From contig NC_068985.1 of assembly GCF_001194135.2 (NCBI RefSeq), positions 67,534,814-67,570,783 of the forward strand: 35,970 nt of DNA, given 5' to 3'. This stretch comes from Octopus bimaculoides (taxonomy: Eukaryota). Made by a program: the position numbers and the translations under genes. The notes beneath the pieces are model-generated. The model was not told where the DNA came from. It did not search any database and saw nothing but the letters and a program-made list of their open reading frames with translations. Positions within the stretch are counted from its first letter, which is position 1, and each line of letters starts with the position of its first letter. Below, piece by piece: positions 1 through 11,139 of this stretch.

Positions 1-246
1 GTGTCTATTCCCTGCTGAGGTTACCATGGTCTTTTTCGTAGGCTTTTCTCTCCATGGATAAACCTAACGTTACCCCATTTTACACAATTGACATTTTCTG
101 TGATATACGATACCTCCCCCCCTTTTTTTGTTTGCCCCTACCGATCCCTTTTGATCGGATTTCTTTTATTTTTTTTAAAGAAAAGCTCTACAGTTGTATT
201 TGTCCCCTCTGTGTGCAGCCCTGTTTGGCTAATAAAAGAAAGTTAT

Positions 247-257
247 CTATCTGTCTT

Positions 258-306
<49 letters not shown>

Positions 307-318
307 ATATATATATAT
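247..318. repeat. Compound microsatellite (TCTG)n(TCTA)n(TA)n
   Basis: Direct reading of the sequence. Confidence 0.95.
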
Positions 319-474
319 TTAAGTATATAATTATAATTATGGGCGCTGGAATGTCAATGCATATACGCTAGTAAATGTCAAAATACCTGCAATACACTCT
401 AAATTTGTTCTCTGTTTATAACCCCAGGTCGAATAGGAGGTAATGAGCAAGAAAATTTACAAAATTTAGGATAA

Positions 475-1544
475 TCCTATATCTTAAGATTTTATGCTCT
501 CTGTACTAATATACCGACAAATGTGTTTGTGTGTGTGTGTGTGTGTTTGTTAGTGTGTGTTTATCTGCTTGTTTGTCTGTCTGTCGACGTCATTAGCTTC
601 ATTAAGACGTTTTCTTTCAGCCACCATATACTTAGGTAGATCAGTGTAGCGTGATCTAAATCATATTTGGATCTACTTGCCATACAAAAGGAATTCTGAT
701 GGATGTGTACTTCACTTGCATTTATCGTTATCTAATTGCGTGCTATATTTAATCCAATTCATTTAAAGCTGAGAAATTCTCATCCATATTCTTAATCTCC
801 GTATGTTTCACCTACATTGAAAAATAGATGGTGAAAAGATCAATGTGTGGGTGGGGGGTGAAATTCCGAGGATTTCAGCGCACCGTTGGCAGGCATCCAT
901 TTCGGGGAACCATGCTTTTCACGTAGGCAACTTCATGCGGCCTGCTCCCGTGTGGGTAGTAGAAACGCTACTCAGGGCAGAACGCGCAATGTTGCCTATA
1001 GCGAAGTTTTATAGACAAGTTGTCATTGCAGCCGATGTGGTTATAAACATTGATCCGGAAGCATTGGCCGGACATATTCTCAAACCATGGCAACATGACT
1101 TATGGACTCTTCCTCTTTTTTCATTGAACAATGCTGACTTCTCCAACAACAATGCTCACTCGACTGATATCAGTGATTGGCTACGTTGCTCATAGAGTTA
1201 ACCTAGAAGGGACAGGCCCCTTATTTTTCGGTTAAGACTGTTGGTACGTCTTCCTAAGTAACTCCAATCCAGATCCCCAATGCAAACCTTCAGATCAACC
1301 TTCTCCTATGCAGATCTCTAATACAACTTTAAAAAAGATCCAGTCACTGAGTGGAAATAACCGATAAACTAATTCCTTATAGGATTTCCCAGTCAAATTG
1401 TCCGCAAACCTTTTTCAGACAAACCAATTTCAACGGATTTCGTTCAAATCTGATGTCGATGTTACTTATTGTGTTTTGAAATAAAGCACTTGATCACTTA
1501 ATAATCTTAGCCAAATCCCGGGCAACGCCGGGCTAGACTGCTAG
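475..1544 (+). mobile_element. Probable non-autonomous Helitron
   Basis: 3' end has hairpin CCCGG-GCAACG-CCGGG (1517-1532) followed by CTAG (1541-1544) and T (1545), the canonical Helitron terminus. Candidate 5' end A|TC at 474/475, followed by a (GT)n/(GTCT)n tract (523-583). The 5' boundary is much less certain than the 3'. Confidence 0.6.
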
Positions 1545-1546
1545 TG

Positions 1547-1548
<2 letters not shown>

Positions 1549-1602
<54 letters not shown>
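1549..1602. repeat. (TTA)n microsatellite, reads (TAA)n on the minus strand; tail/target of the adjacent LINE
   Basis: Direct reading; abuts the 3' UTR of the RLE LINE at 1603. Confidence 0.95.
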
Positions 1603-1604
<2 letters not shown>

Positions 1605-2665
1605 CTTCGTAACAAAGTGTAGGTTAAAATGCACTGGTGTCTTTAGTCATCTGTGAAGTCACAAAAACCTCAAACAGATAATACTTTTCTTAAGACATCC
1701 GTTGTTCCCAATATGGCGGCTTTTTGCAAGACATCAATCTTGCATGGAATATCCAGTTGCCTTAAGAAGTCTTGAAGTTTCAGTGGGATTGCGCCCAACG
1801 CTCCGATCAACACTGGTATGACTTTTACATTTACCGTCTCGCATTCCACACAGTCTTGCCATTTCCACTTTCATTTTGGAGTACTTGATGATTTTTTTCA
1901 ACCTCTTTATTCTCAACATTCATTCCATTTGGTATGGCTACATCATTGATCTGACAGTATTTGTCTCGCTTACTCAATATGACAACATACAACCGACGGT
2001 GTTCGATCCGTCTGAACGTCATTGTCCTAGAGTATCGATACTCCTGCATAACTTTACTTGATACGTGCTCATACCAGTTCTCTGTTACTTCATATTAGTT
2101 TTTACGGCATAAGAGTCAATGAAGATACACACGCACTTTATCGTGGCGACGCTTGTATTGTTTTTGTGAAATTCTCTTACATCCACTTGCCAAGTGGGTC
2201 ACATTTTTCACACTTTTTCTACAGAGTCTGCATTTATGAGCTTCAGAAGTTTTATAGATGTTATACTTCACTGAAATGGTAGCGAGAGCCTAATCTTCTG
2301 TAGCAGCGATCAGGATTTCGGTGGTATGCTTGAAATCACCTCACTCAAGCCATTCCCACGATGTTATACTGTCCTTAACGTCCCGTGTATTCCTTTCAAA
2401 CTGTCCATGCATTCTCATCTCAAGTAGGCCTTCTTTTCTTTTCTTCTCAGCTCTTTGGTTAAACTTTTCCTTGCCCATCGTTTCATCTGCATTTACTTTC
2501 ATATCCCCCGCGGCCTATTCCAGCAAACCTTCATTACTAATTATCAAATGTTCGGCAAGCATTCTCCTTTCACTCCTTATACATTGGTCAATACTAATTT
2601 GTTCTCTGCCACCATTCTTTCTTTACACATACAGTCTGTTTATGTTTGCTTTGGGGCGTGGCGCC
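1603..2665 (-). mobile_element. 5'-truncated, decayed RLE-type non-LTR retrotransposon (R4/Dong-like): RT thumb, CCHC knuckle, restriction-like endonuclease, 3' UTR
   Basis: Minus-strand translation across stops/frameshifts: PRPKANINRLYV*RKNGGR...MHGQF...SWEWLE*GDFK...KCRLCRKSVKNVTHLASGC...YKRRHDKV...WYEH...HRRLYVVIL...DVAIP...VIPVLIGALG...LQKAAILGTTDVLRKVLSV* (stop 1670-1672), then a short UTR and (TAA)n. Confidence 0.9.
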
Positions 2666-2680
2666 CAATGCAGCGTACAT

Positions 2681-2803
2681 ACACTATAACCAGATATCAT
2701 CAGAGCCGGTTTGCACAAAAAGCTAATACTTACATATTTTCTCAAAGACATTAAAATTGGTGGTAAAACCATACTGAATAAGGTAGACGAGGACCGCAGA
2801 TTT
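2681..2803 (+). repeat. Dispersed repeat fragment, copy 1 (copy 2 at 6617-6752)
   Basis: Both copies share tataaccagatat...aaaaagctaat(a/g)cttaca...catactgaataag(g/a)taga(c/t)gaggaccgca. Family not identified. Confidence 0.75.
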
Positions 2804-5149
2804 GATACTTTACTGTATTCCCATTCTGCTTTCAGTAGGCATTCTTAAAGAAAACTGTATTTGAAATCTTTTGTCCACTCCTTCCTATCTTTCAATAATT
2901 ATCATTCCTCTCCTGCTTTTCTGTAAATATCTCTTTTTTTTTATCTCGATGAAATAACGACGGAAAGCGTGCTTTGAGAAAAACGCATGTTACATACAGC
3001 GTTGGCTCGCCCCTCTCTTTCTATCAATTTTTCTTTGTCAATAATTCTTTGTAAATAATATTGCTAACTCCACAGGCTAGATAGTTGAATGGGTTTGACA
3101 TTTTGATCAGTAAAAATTTTGAACAAAACATATCAAAACTCCCATAATTCTTAATTAGCTCAAATGCTGTCGCGACTTTGGNNNNNNNNNNNNNNNNNNN
3201 NNNNNNNNNNNNNNNNNNNNNNNNNNNNNNNNNNNNNNNNNNNNNNNNNNNNNNNNNNNNNNNNNNNNNNNNNNNNNNNNNNNNNNNNNNNNNNNNNNNN
3301 NNNNNNNNNNNNNNNNNNNNNNNNNNNNNNNNNNNNNNNNNNNNNNNNNNNNNNNNNNNNNNNNNNNNNNNNNNNNNNNNNNNNNNNNNNNNNNNNNNNN
3401 NNNNNNNNNNNNNNNNNNNNNNNNCACACACACACACACGCACACACACACACACACACACGTGCACCATTACTTTCATAAGATCTCTTAAGAATTTTCA
3501 ATATATTTGTTCGAATGACTGAAACATGCACACATAAAGATCAGCACACACATTGAAAGGTGTGTGTGTTTATATATATATAATTTTGTACAAATAATTT
3601 TCTTTTACATTCTTTCAAATTTTGTTTCATCATTAGGTAAGTGTAATTTACAGTTATTACTTTTCTTGCATGTTGCGATATTTCACATCTTGGCTACTCT
3701 CAACAAATGAATAGACACGCTAGGTTTTTCTTTAATGTTTTTAGGACTTTCTACAATGTTGAATTTTCGCTGTCTTTCATTGTGTGCGTGCTTATGTATA
3801 TGCGTGTATGTTCAATGTGCGCGCGTCTGTGTGCGCGAGACGTAGTGTTTTAATGTACGAAGATCAGTAAATATCATTACTCAAGTGAATGTCAATTATT
3901 TACCCGGAATTGGCGAATAGCCTGATAAAGCAACTTATTTGTCTTTGACAGAGTAACGGTCTAAAACCATCACCATATTACGTAACTAAATGTGTTCTCT
4001 TAGAGAAATAATTTGAAAATGAGTCAGCTAAACCAATAAGTATTTATTACATGACCAATCTCAGAAGTCTTTACACGCTACTAATACGTACATACATACA
4101 TGCATACATACGTACATGTATGTATGTGTATGTATATATATANNNNNNNNNNNNNNNNNNNNNNNNNNNNNNNNNNNNNNNNNNNNNNNNNNNNNNNNNN
4201 NNNNNNNNNNNNNNNNNNNNNNNNNNNNNNNNNNNNNNNNNNNNNNNNNNNNNNNNNNNNNNNNNNNNNNNNNNNNNNNNNNNNNATATATATATATATA
4301 TACATATATATATGTATATGCAATTTTATGTGCATATGTGAGTGGATTTACAATATTTAAATAGAGATAGGGTCTCAATTCTTAATGATGTGAGGTTTGG
4401 AATATTTAAAAGATTTCAGAAACTGAAAGATTTTAAAATTTAATAAAAATTTTAATAAATAATCATATTAATATCATGGTTTTAAATAGGGGTAATATAT
4501 ATTTATATCACTAATATGGAAAAATATAAATACATGGTTATGAGGTAAGTTTTGGAAACTTAATTAATAATCAGTAGTATATATGCTACTGTGGAATATA
4601 TATATGTAGTGAAATTTACAATTAAGGGGATATTATGAAGTATTGTATAAGGTGGAGATAAGTTGAGATTAGAATTTGTGAAAATTAGAATATAAAATTT
4701 GAAAGTTTTGAGAATATTATATTATATTTGCAGCGTGCTAGGTGTTTAAAGGTAATTTAAAAACACGCAAAAACCGTTAGATTCACTTCAACATTTAAAT
4801 ATAATTTGTGAAAATATTTTCGTGGCTTTCAGATCCTGACCTCTTCACTGACAAAATTCCGTACAGCATCCCAGCGCTTGCTATGCAAGTACATCCCCGT
4901 AATATATTATATTTAAGAGTTAATTAATATTATGGAAATAAAAATAGGGTTGTAATTGTACCTATAACAAGAAATGGGTTACTAAATAATATGTAGAGAG
5001 AATATGTAATACTTATTGTGCGATCGGAACATTAAAAAGCTGAATTTGTATAAAAGATGTGCGAAGGTGTATGTGTACAATCAGAACGGTTAGGTTTATG
5101 TAATTTATATTAGAATATTTCTATCACATGTATAGAACATTATTATTTT

Positions 5150-5370
5150 TTAATGAAATATTATGAAGTGAAAGCCAATTATTTATATTTAGAAAAATAT
5201 ATTTGTGTAACCAATGGGAAATTTTCCCAGATCTATCATTTAAGAAATCTTTATCTATGGTAGAAAAAAGTACTCGAATAAGGTTAGTCCTTAACTGCTT
5301 GTCATAAGGTAAGATAAGGCAGATGTTATTATCCTTTTTATTCAGGCATTTCTTGTTGCATTCGTGTGCG
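5150..5370 (-). mobile_element. Penelope-like element fragment (linker between RT and GIY-YIG)
   Basis: Minus frame KKDNNICLILPYDKQLRTNLIRVLFSTIDKDF...KIPIGYT resembles the PLE motif WxNPPY..V.TN..K.F..LIDK.F...I.ISY. Confidence 0.55.
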
Positions 5371-5673
5371 TGTGTGTTTATATGTGGAATTTGTTTCTTA
5401 CGGTCTAAGGGTTTTTATTTATTTTTTGTATTTTATTGTGTAGTTGGATTTATGTTAATTGTAATTCATATTTGTATTATCGTTGTAATTGCAATTATTT
5501 TTATTTCTATTATTATTCTTTTAACTGTAAATTTGTGGTTGCTTTGTATTTATTATAATAAATACAAATAAATCTTACTTCAGGGTCAGTTAGGAAATTA
5601 CATTTATCGTCCATACCAGATATTCTAAATCTCAGAGGACCGAAACGGTTCAGTCAATTCATCAATATTATAT

Positions 5674-6134
5674 TCACACAAGATTAATATTTCTAAGTAT
5701 ATTGTTATTTACTATTTTTTTTATTATTTCCTTCCAAATGCGATCATAGAATAAATTAATGTTCACATAGTATAGATTTGCAGCCTTGTCCGAGGTAACC
5801 AAAATTCCACATTTAGATTTTAAATCGAGAATAACGTTCTTTAATTGTCTCGTATTGGTTTCTAAGTGGGTGCTTCTCAAATTCGATGTTGGTAACTGCA
5901 TCCCAAATCTTGTCTTCGAAAGTATCAAAATGTCTATTACACGGAGCATGTTATGTTTCTTTGTAGAGTTTTGTAATCGATTCTGTTTCCTTATTTCTAT
6001 ATTTATTCAAGTAAGATTTCTCCTCATTGTATTATGTCATGGTAGAAGTCTTTCCATCTTATTCGATATAAAAACTTCATAGTCGGTACTGGAATATCCT
6101 TTAATGAAGTACCCAGATTAAGTCTCTTCATTTT
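5674..6134 (-). mobile_element. Penelope-like element, decayed N-terminal part of the RT ORF
   Basis: Minus frames: MKRLNLGTSLKDIPVP...FLYRIRWKDFY, APCNRHFDTFEDKIWDAVTNIEF, LKNVILDLKSKCGILVTSDKAANLYYV; typical Penelope/Poseidon N-terminal motifs, broken by frameshifts. Confidence 0.75.
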
Positions 6135-6139
6135 TCCAG

Positions 6140-6140
<1 letters not shown>

Positions 6141-6184
<44 letters not shown>

Positions 6185-6186
6185 TT
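6141..6186. repeat. (TA)n microsatellite
   Basis: Direct reading. Confidence 0.95.
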
Positions 6187-6616
6187 TACAAACGGTTATT
6201 CCGCATTATCTAAACGCGGATATAAATGTTTATATACGTGTATAGAGATGTGCGTATTTTCAGTTAATTTGAGGATGTAATTTCCTCTTTAGGAATTGGG
6301 AAATCCAGAGATCAAATACTGTTATCCATGATATATTGAGTGGACTTTCACAATATATAGGGATAAACAGTCTAATTTATAGTTATATTTATTTTTTAAA
6401 AAATGGATTGGAAACTATATATAAGATAGTTATTTTATTTGTATCACGTTAAAAAACAGAGCAAACCATTTAATCTAAATACAATTAAAAGGGGCATAAA
6501 TTAACGGAAAAAAGCATAAAAAATGGCTACACATGTTTCAATTTGGTCATTTGGTGAACGGTGTTTCAGATGCGCAGGATTCGAACCATGTTAAGTGTTC
6601 TAGTTGTAAGAAACCC

Positions 6617-6752
6617 ACATTATAACCAGATATAAAAAAAGCTAATGCTTACATCCTTTTTGTAAAAAAGCTAATGCTTACAACCTTTTTCAAAGGATCT
6701 CAAATCAGTGGTAAAATACATACTGAATAAGATAGATGAGGACCGCATATTC
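6617..6752 (+). repeat. Dispersed repeat fragment, copy 2, with an internal ~28-nt tandem duplication
   Basis: Matches 2681-2803; aaaaaagctaatgcttaca(t/a)ccttttt occurs twice (about 6635-6689). Confidence 0.75.
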
Positions 6753-7129
6753 ACATATCTTAGTAATGTAAACATTAAGTTGTTAAAAAAGATGGGACGT
6801 GAAAGGGGGCAGTAGGGGGAGGTATTAGCTAATCAAATCATGCTTAAAAACTGAAGGATTTGAAAAATAGACGGTTATAGATATTGGGGGACATTATGTA
6901 ATCAATTAGAAAGGATATAGACGTTTAGAACTAATAGATTAGTGTGTTTAAATGCAGCGTTGAGCACTGGTGCAGTTTAGGCTCCCTGTTATCATCGCAG
7001 TCGTGGTATATTTCCGAAGGCTCTACTTCAGGAACTCCACAATGTCATTTGGGTTTGTAGCGAGACAGGAATGATTTCTTTGGTTGCTGTAGCATAGTTC
7101 ATTGTGCTGTGGAAGGTTCCAGCTAATTC

Positions 7130-7625
7130 GAAACATGTAGTGACTCTACAAGACATTCAAGATTTAACTAGCGAGGTCAAACGTTTACGGGCTGCGCCTA
7201 AGTGTCGTACAGTCGTTCATCCTCTCCTAGACATCGATCTTTCTCTCCTGGCTCTGCTTTAACACACTGTGCATATCATAAACATGTTGGTGTTGCTGCC
7301 TAGAAATGTATTCAACCGTGTGCTTATTCGTGTCAGGAAAAAGTCACAGTGGGACACTGAGCACGAGAGCTACTCCCAATTCTCACCCTCGTAATCTAGC
7401 GTTTTTCATTGAGGACTTGTCGCGCAAACTTTTCTCGTTGATTCTGGTGCTGCGTGCTGTATTTGGTCAGTCAAATTCATCAAAAATAAATCTCCTCTTA
7501 TTGCAATCATCCTGCAAGCTGTGAACTACTCGCCAACACAGACGTACGGTCAAATCGTTTTTCCCATGGATTTGGCACTGCGAAGAAATTTTATATGTAT
7601 TTTCGTCATCGCCCACTTGCCTTCG
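7130..7625 (+). mobile_element. Ty3/Gypsy LTR retrotransposon remnant: gag C-terminus and aspartic protease
   Basis: IQDLTSEVKRLR / RSSSPRHRSFSPG...CAYHKHVGVAA*KCIQPCAY (Mag-like gag knuckle, C at 7268); TFLVDSGAA (D at 7440-7442)...LQAVNYSPTQTYGQIVFPMDLALRRNFICIFVIAHLP. Confidence 0.85.
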
Positions 7626-7694
7626 ACGAAGTAAGTCAGATTTTTCATGCCTCGCATACACGTGTATTTGGTTAGCATACATATGCATATTAAT

Positions 7695-7876
7695 TGTTGT
7701 TACTACTCGCCAGCGCTTGTTTTATTTCAATAACGTTTACAATGTTTTGTTTGTAAATGAACTGCCTTCTGAACATTCTTTATTCACACTTATTAACAAG
7801 GACACTGAAACGGTTTCTCTCACGAATACACTTATGCATTTATTCACCGAACACTCACTATAAATTAGTAACTACA
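7695..7876. mobile_element. Short LTR-like segment
   Basis: TG...CA termini with an 8/9 terminal inverted repeat (TGTTGTTAC...GTAACTACA), 70 nt from the Gypsy protease fragment. No TSD or PPT visible. Confidence 0.4.
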
Positions 7877-8419
7877 CACATCCTGTTACAGGTTAATTAT
7901 ATTTAGTAACGAGAAGATTGATTTGGTATTAAACTTTATTCTGTACATCGTTCGTTTCCACCCGTCCTGCTATTGTCCTTTATGTGCGGGACTCTGTTCA
8001 GCATGTGTTGCATCCATTTTGCAGTCTGGATCTCATCAGGTACATCTATAAAGAATTGTTCCACTATATATCTTGAGTGTCGGCGGCCATGTTGTTATAT
8101 GCTTGTCTAGTTAGGGAATGAATAAAATGCAAACGAGACAACAGAAATGCAAAATTTCAAATATGAAAATATGAACGTGGAAAACCTGCGTTCCTCTCTA
8201 GTACAATTACCTAATCAGTTTTCACTTTCACAACTGCTTAAAGGAAAAACAAAGTAGAAGAAAAAATAGGAAAACGATTACTTAATCAAGCAGTTATGTG
8301 TACATACATATGTACACATAGACACACAGAGACATACGCACACATAGACACACACACACGCATACATATATATATTCTATACACGTTCAAAGATTCACAC
8401 TGACACACATACGTCCACC

Positions 8420-8800
8420 TCTTGTCTATAAGTATACACACAGATATACATATAGGTACACACACTCACGCCTTCATATACCTTCCTACACATGAACACA
8501 CACACACACACAGACACATCCACGCACCTACATATACATGTGCGGCACCAGGGCATGCACACACATGTGCATATGCAGACACGCACTCATACACCAACAC
8601 ACAGGCACATTCATATATACGTATATCTGTACACACACACATACGCATGTACTTAGACACATACACACATATACAAGTGACTGCACTCCCTTTTAGATGT
8701 ATGCAACTCCAATTCCCCGCCCGTCCCTGAAGCCTGCTAGTATTTGTTGCAACATTTGACTTATACACTGCTGCATTGTAAGGTTATATATCTAAATACA
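8420..8800. repeat. Left arm of a long inverted repeat (partner 10160-10560), probable Penelope pseudo-LTR
   Basis: Collinear exact inverted anchors: 8647-8664/10298-10315 (18 nt), 8618-8633/10331-10346 (16 nt), 8791-8799/10161-10169 (9 nt). Confidence 0.8.
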
Positions 8801-8934
8801 TGTAGCGTTGGAATCCAGTCCTTCGTTGGTATAGGTTTTATGGTTGCAGTTCATGAGGTTTCAACTCGGTGGTGGTGGGTTTTAATCCGAGTTGTCGGTA
8901 TTATGGTTTGTGTCAGCTAAGTGTGGTTTACGTT

Positions 8935-10030
8935 GTAATGGTGAACGTGTGCTTAGCTGTATGCATGCATCTGGGTAGTCATTCTGTAAATGTGTTTATA
9001 ATCCACTCCTTTGTTATTAAGATCGACATGACTCCTCGGAACGTAGCTAGCATTTATGGTATATCGTGTAAAAGAGTCTCGCGTGTCTAATTATTGACCA
9101 GGCCAGGTCGTATTTTGTTTTCTCCTCGTTGGATCGCCAGACAAAATCGGCCAGTGATGTTGCGTACTGTTTAAGGATTTTTCGAAAGCTGGCGATGTGC
9201 CTGCGACACGGATTCTTGAAATTATCGGCCGATGCACCGATATATACATAAGGACCTCCTCTAATATTTACGGTGCACTTGTACACTCCGTTTCGGGTGT
9301 CCGGTGGAGATTTCGATAGGTCCCTACATGAACATAGTTGGTCAATATTTTTGTTTGCGTGTGTGCAGCCAGTACCAGTCCAATGGGTTATTTTTGCATT
9401 ATTGCTCGTGGTCAGCCTATTAATATTTTTATTCTTTCTGGGTGCATTTATGTTCTTGTTGCGTCTGTCATGTGTTGGCTAGTTATTGTAGTTGTTGCAG
9501 CTGTTTCTTCTCAGTTGGTTGGTATTATTGTTTGAATGATTGTTTCTGTGATTCATGCTTGGTTTTTGCATTGTCCCGGGTGTTGTAATATATGCCACGG
9601 TCAATTTTTGAGGGCTTACTTTCAGTGCAGTCTGTGCGCTGTGTTAAGTTTCGATAATTAATCCTATGAATGTGGTGCTTTATATTTGATGAGTTTGCAT
9701 ATATCAGTATGCCGGTTGAATAGTTGCTATACTTGCCGTTTTTAAGGAAGCAACGTTCGGGTGCAGCAAAGGACTCTTTCACGATCATGGATGTGATGTT
9801 CGAACTCCGGATCGGGTTGTACCATAGGATATCATGCTTTTTGTATTTCCTATTAGGTTTGTTTCGTCGAGTGAATGGTGTGGTATTGGGATTTTATGGT
9901 GTCGTGTGTTTAATGGTGCTGCTGTGTTGTCCATTACTACATTTCTCTGTCTCATTGTTGGTTCCTGTGTATATATCTCTGGTTACCATGTTCTTATGGC
10001 TTGGGATCTTATTATCTAGGTTTTAGACAT
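8935..10030 (-). mobile_element. Penelope-like element, 3' half of ORF (linker plus GIY-YIG endonuclease), decayed
   Basis: Minus frames: RKYKKHDILWYNPIRSSNITSMIVKESF...; VYKCTVNIRGGPYVYIGASADNFKN...RHIASFRK...YATSLADFVW...YDLAWSII...KC (GIY-YIG). Confidence 0.9.
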
Positions 10031-10159
10031 TCTGCGTGTGGTTACTGGTGTGTTTGGTATGATTATTATTATAACTATTCTTAGTACTACTCGTTGAGCT
10101 GTTAGGGTATATATTACCATTATTGTTACTACTACTAGCGACGTGTTGGATTTTCGCAC

Positions 10160-10560
10160 GGTATTTAGACACGTAAACTTACAACGCTGCTGCGTATAAT
10201 TAAAATGTACCAACACATGCTAGTTGGCTGGTGAGACGGGTGGTGAAGTGCAGATGCATAAATAAAATGGAACACAGATTTGTGCATATATGTGCAAGTA
10301 TGTGTCTAAGTACATACGTTTGTGTGTGCGTGTACAGATATACGTAAATATAAGTGTGCTTGTGTGAGGGTGTGTGTTTACGTGTCTGCGTATGTGCATG
10401 AATGTGTATGTGTGGGTGTTGCACATGCATATGTAGGCACGTACGTGTGCCTGTGTGCGCGTGTACGCGTGTGCGCGTGTGCGCGTGTGCCTGTGTGTGT
10501 GTGAAGGCATATGTAGGTATGGGCATGTGTATGTATATGTATATCAGTGTGTGTATGTAT
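10160..10560. repeat. Right arm of the long inverted repeat (partner 8420-8800)
   Basis: See left arm; roughly 70% similar by eye. Confidence 0.8.
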
Positions 10561-10567
10561 AAATATA

Positions 10568-10735
10568 TTCTATTATTCTTTTACTTGTTTCAGTTATTTG
10601 ACTGCGACCATGCTAGAGCACCACCTTTAGTCGAACAAATCGACCCCAGGACCTATTGTGTGTAAGCCTTATATTATTCTATCGATCTCTTTTGCCGAAT
10701 CGCTAGATTGCGGGGACGTAAACACACCAAAATAG
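10568..10735 (-). mobile_element. Octopus-type tRNA-derived SINE, 3' half
   Basis: Same sequence family as 25104-25260 and 33561-33745 (gtttacgtcccc...ggcaaaaga...cctggggtcg...ggtgctc...cgcagtcaaat.actgaaac + purine tail). Confidence 0.85.
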
Positions 10736-11139
10736 GTTTTATACATATATATAAATTCAAAATTCAAAGAAGTTATCATTATCTTTAAAACAATAATGAT
10801 AAATTGGCAAGCAAATATATCCAAAATAGGTAAAATATATATTAATAAACATCAGGGTACGAGATGCGCCTGCTGGCGTGTAAAAGAAAGGTTTGATCTC
10901 TCCAAATCCACTCATCTATCACTATATGTAGTAAGCCTGGCTGATGACATTTAAGTGCCATTGGCACAGATAGTGAAATCAATTGATACTGGGATGTCGA
11001 CTCATCTCTTTGTGGTTTTACAAATGGGGAGAACATTTTTTTAATATATTTGTTACATTCTTCGGAATATCCTGCAAGTCATCTGGATGCTCTCCTTGTT
11101 TATGTTAGTGAATGCTTCCATACTCTTTTTCTTCAGTTC

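Noticed and set aside
1080-1140. Minus-strand HCSMKKEEESISHV resembling a LINE CCHC knuckle
   Set aside because: Spacing is wrong, two Cys are missing and there is no RT context.
3631-3642. Strong donor AG|GTAAGT
   Set aside because: No plausible upstream acceptor or coding exon.
3640-3960. Possible Penelope 3' end (LATLNK*IDTL) with relic HHR (CCTGATAAAG...GTAACGGTC)
   Set aside because: Too degenerate to support as a feature.
6575-6590. Perfect B-box GGTTCGAATCC on the minus strand
   Set aside because: No convincing A-box, acceptor stem or canonical anticodon loop; not a tRNA.
7950-8046. CTGATGA-GATCC...GGAT on the minus strand
   Set aside because: No GAAA box after the stem; at best an unrecognisable relic.
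8720-8760. Possible relic hammerhead within the inverted arms (also about 10205-10240)
   Set aside because: Neither copy retains both core boxes, and reconstruction needs too many assumed changes.
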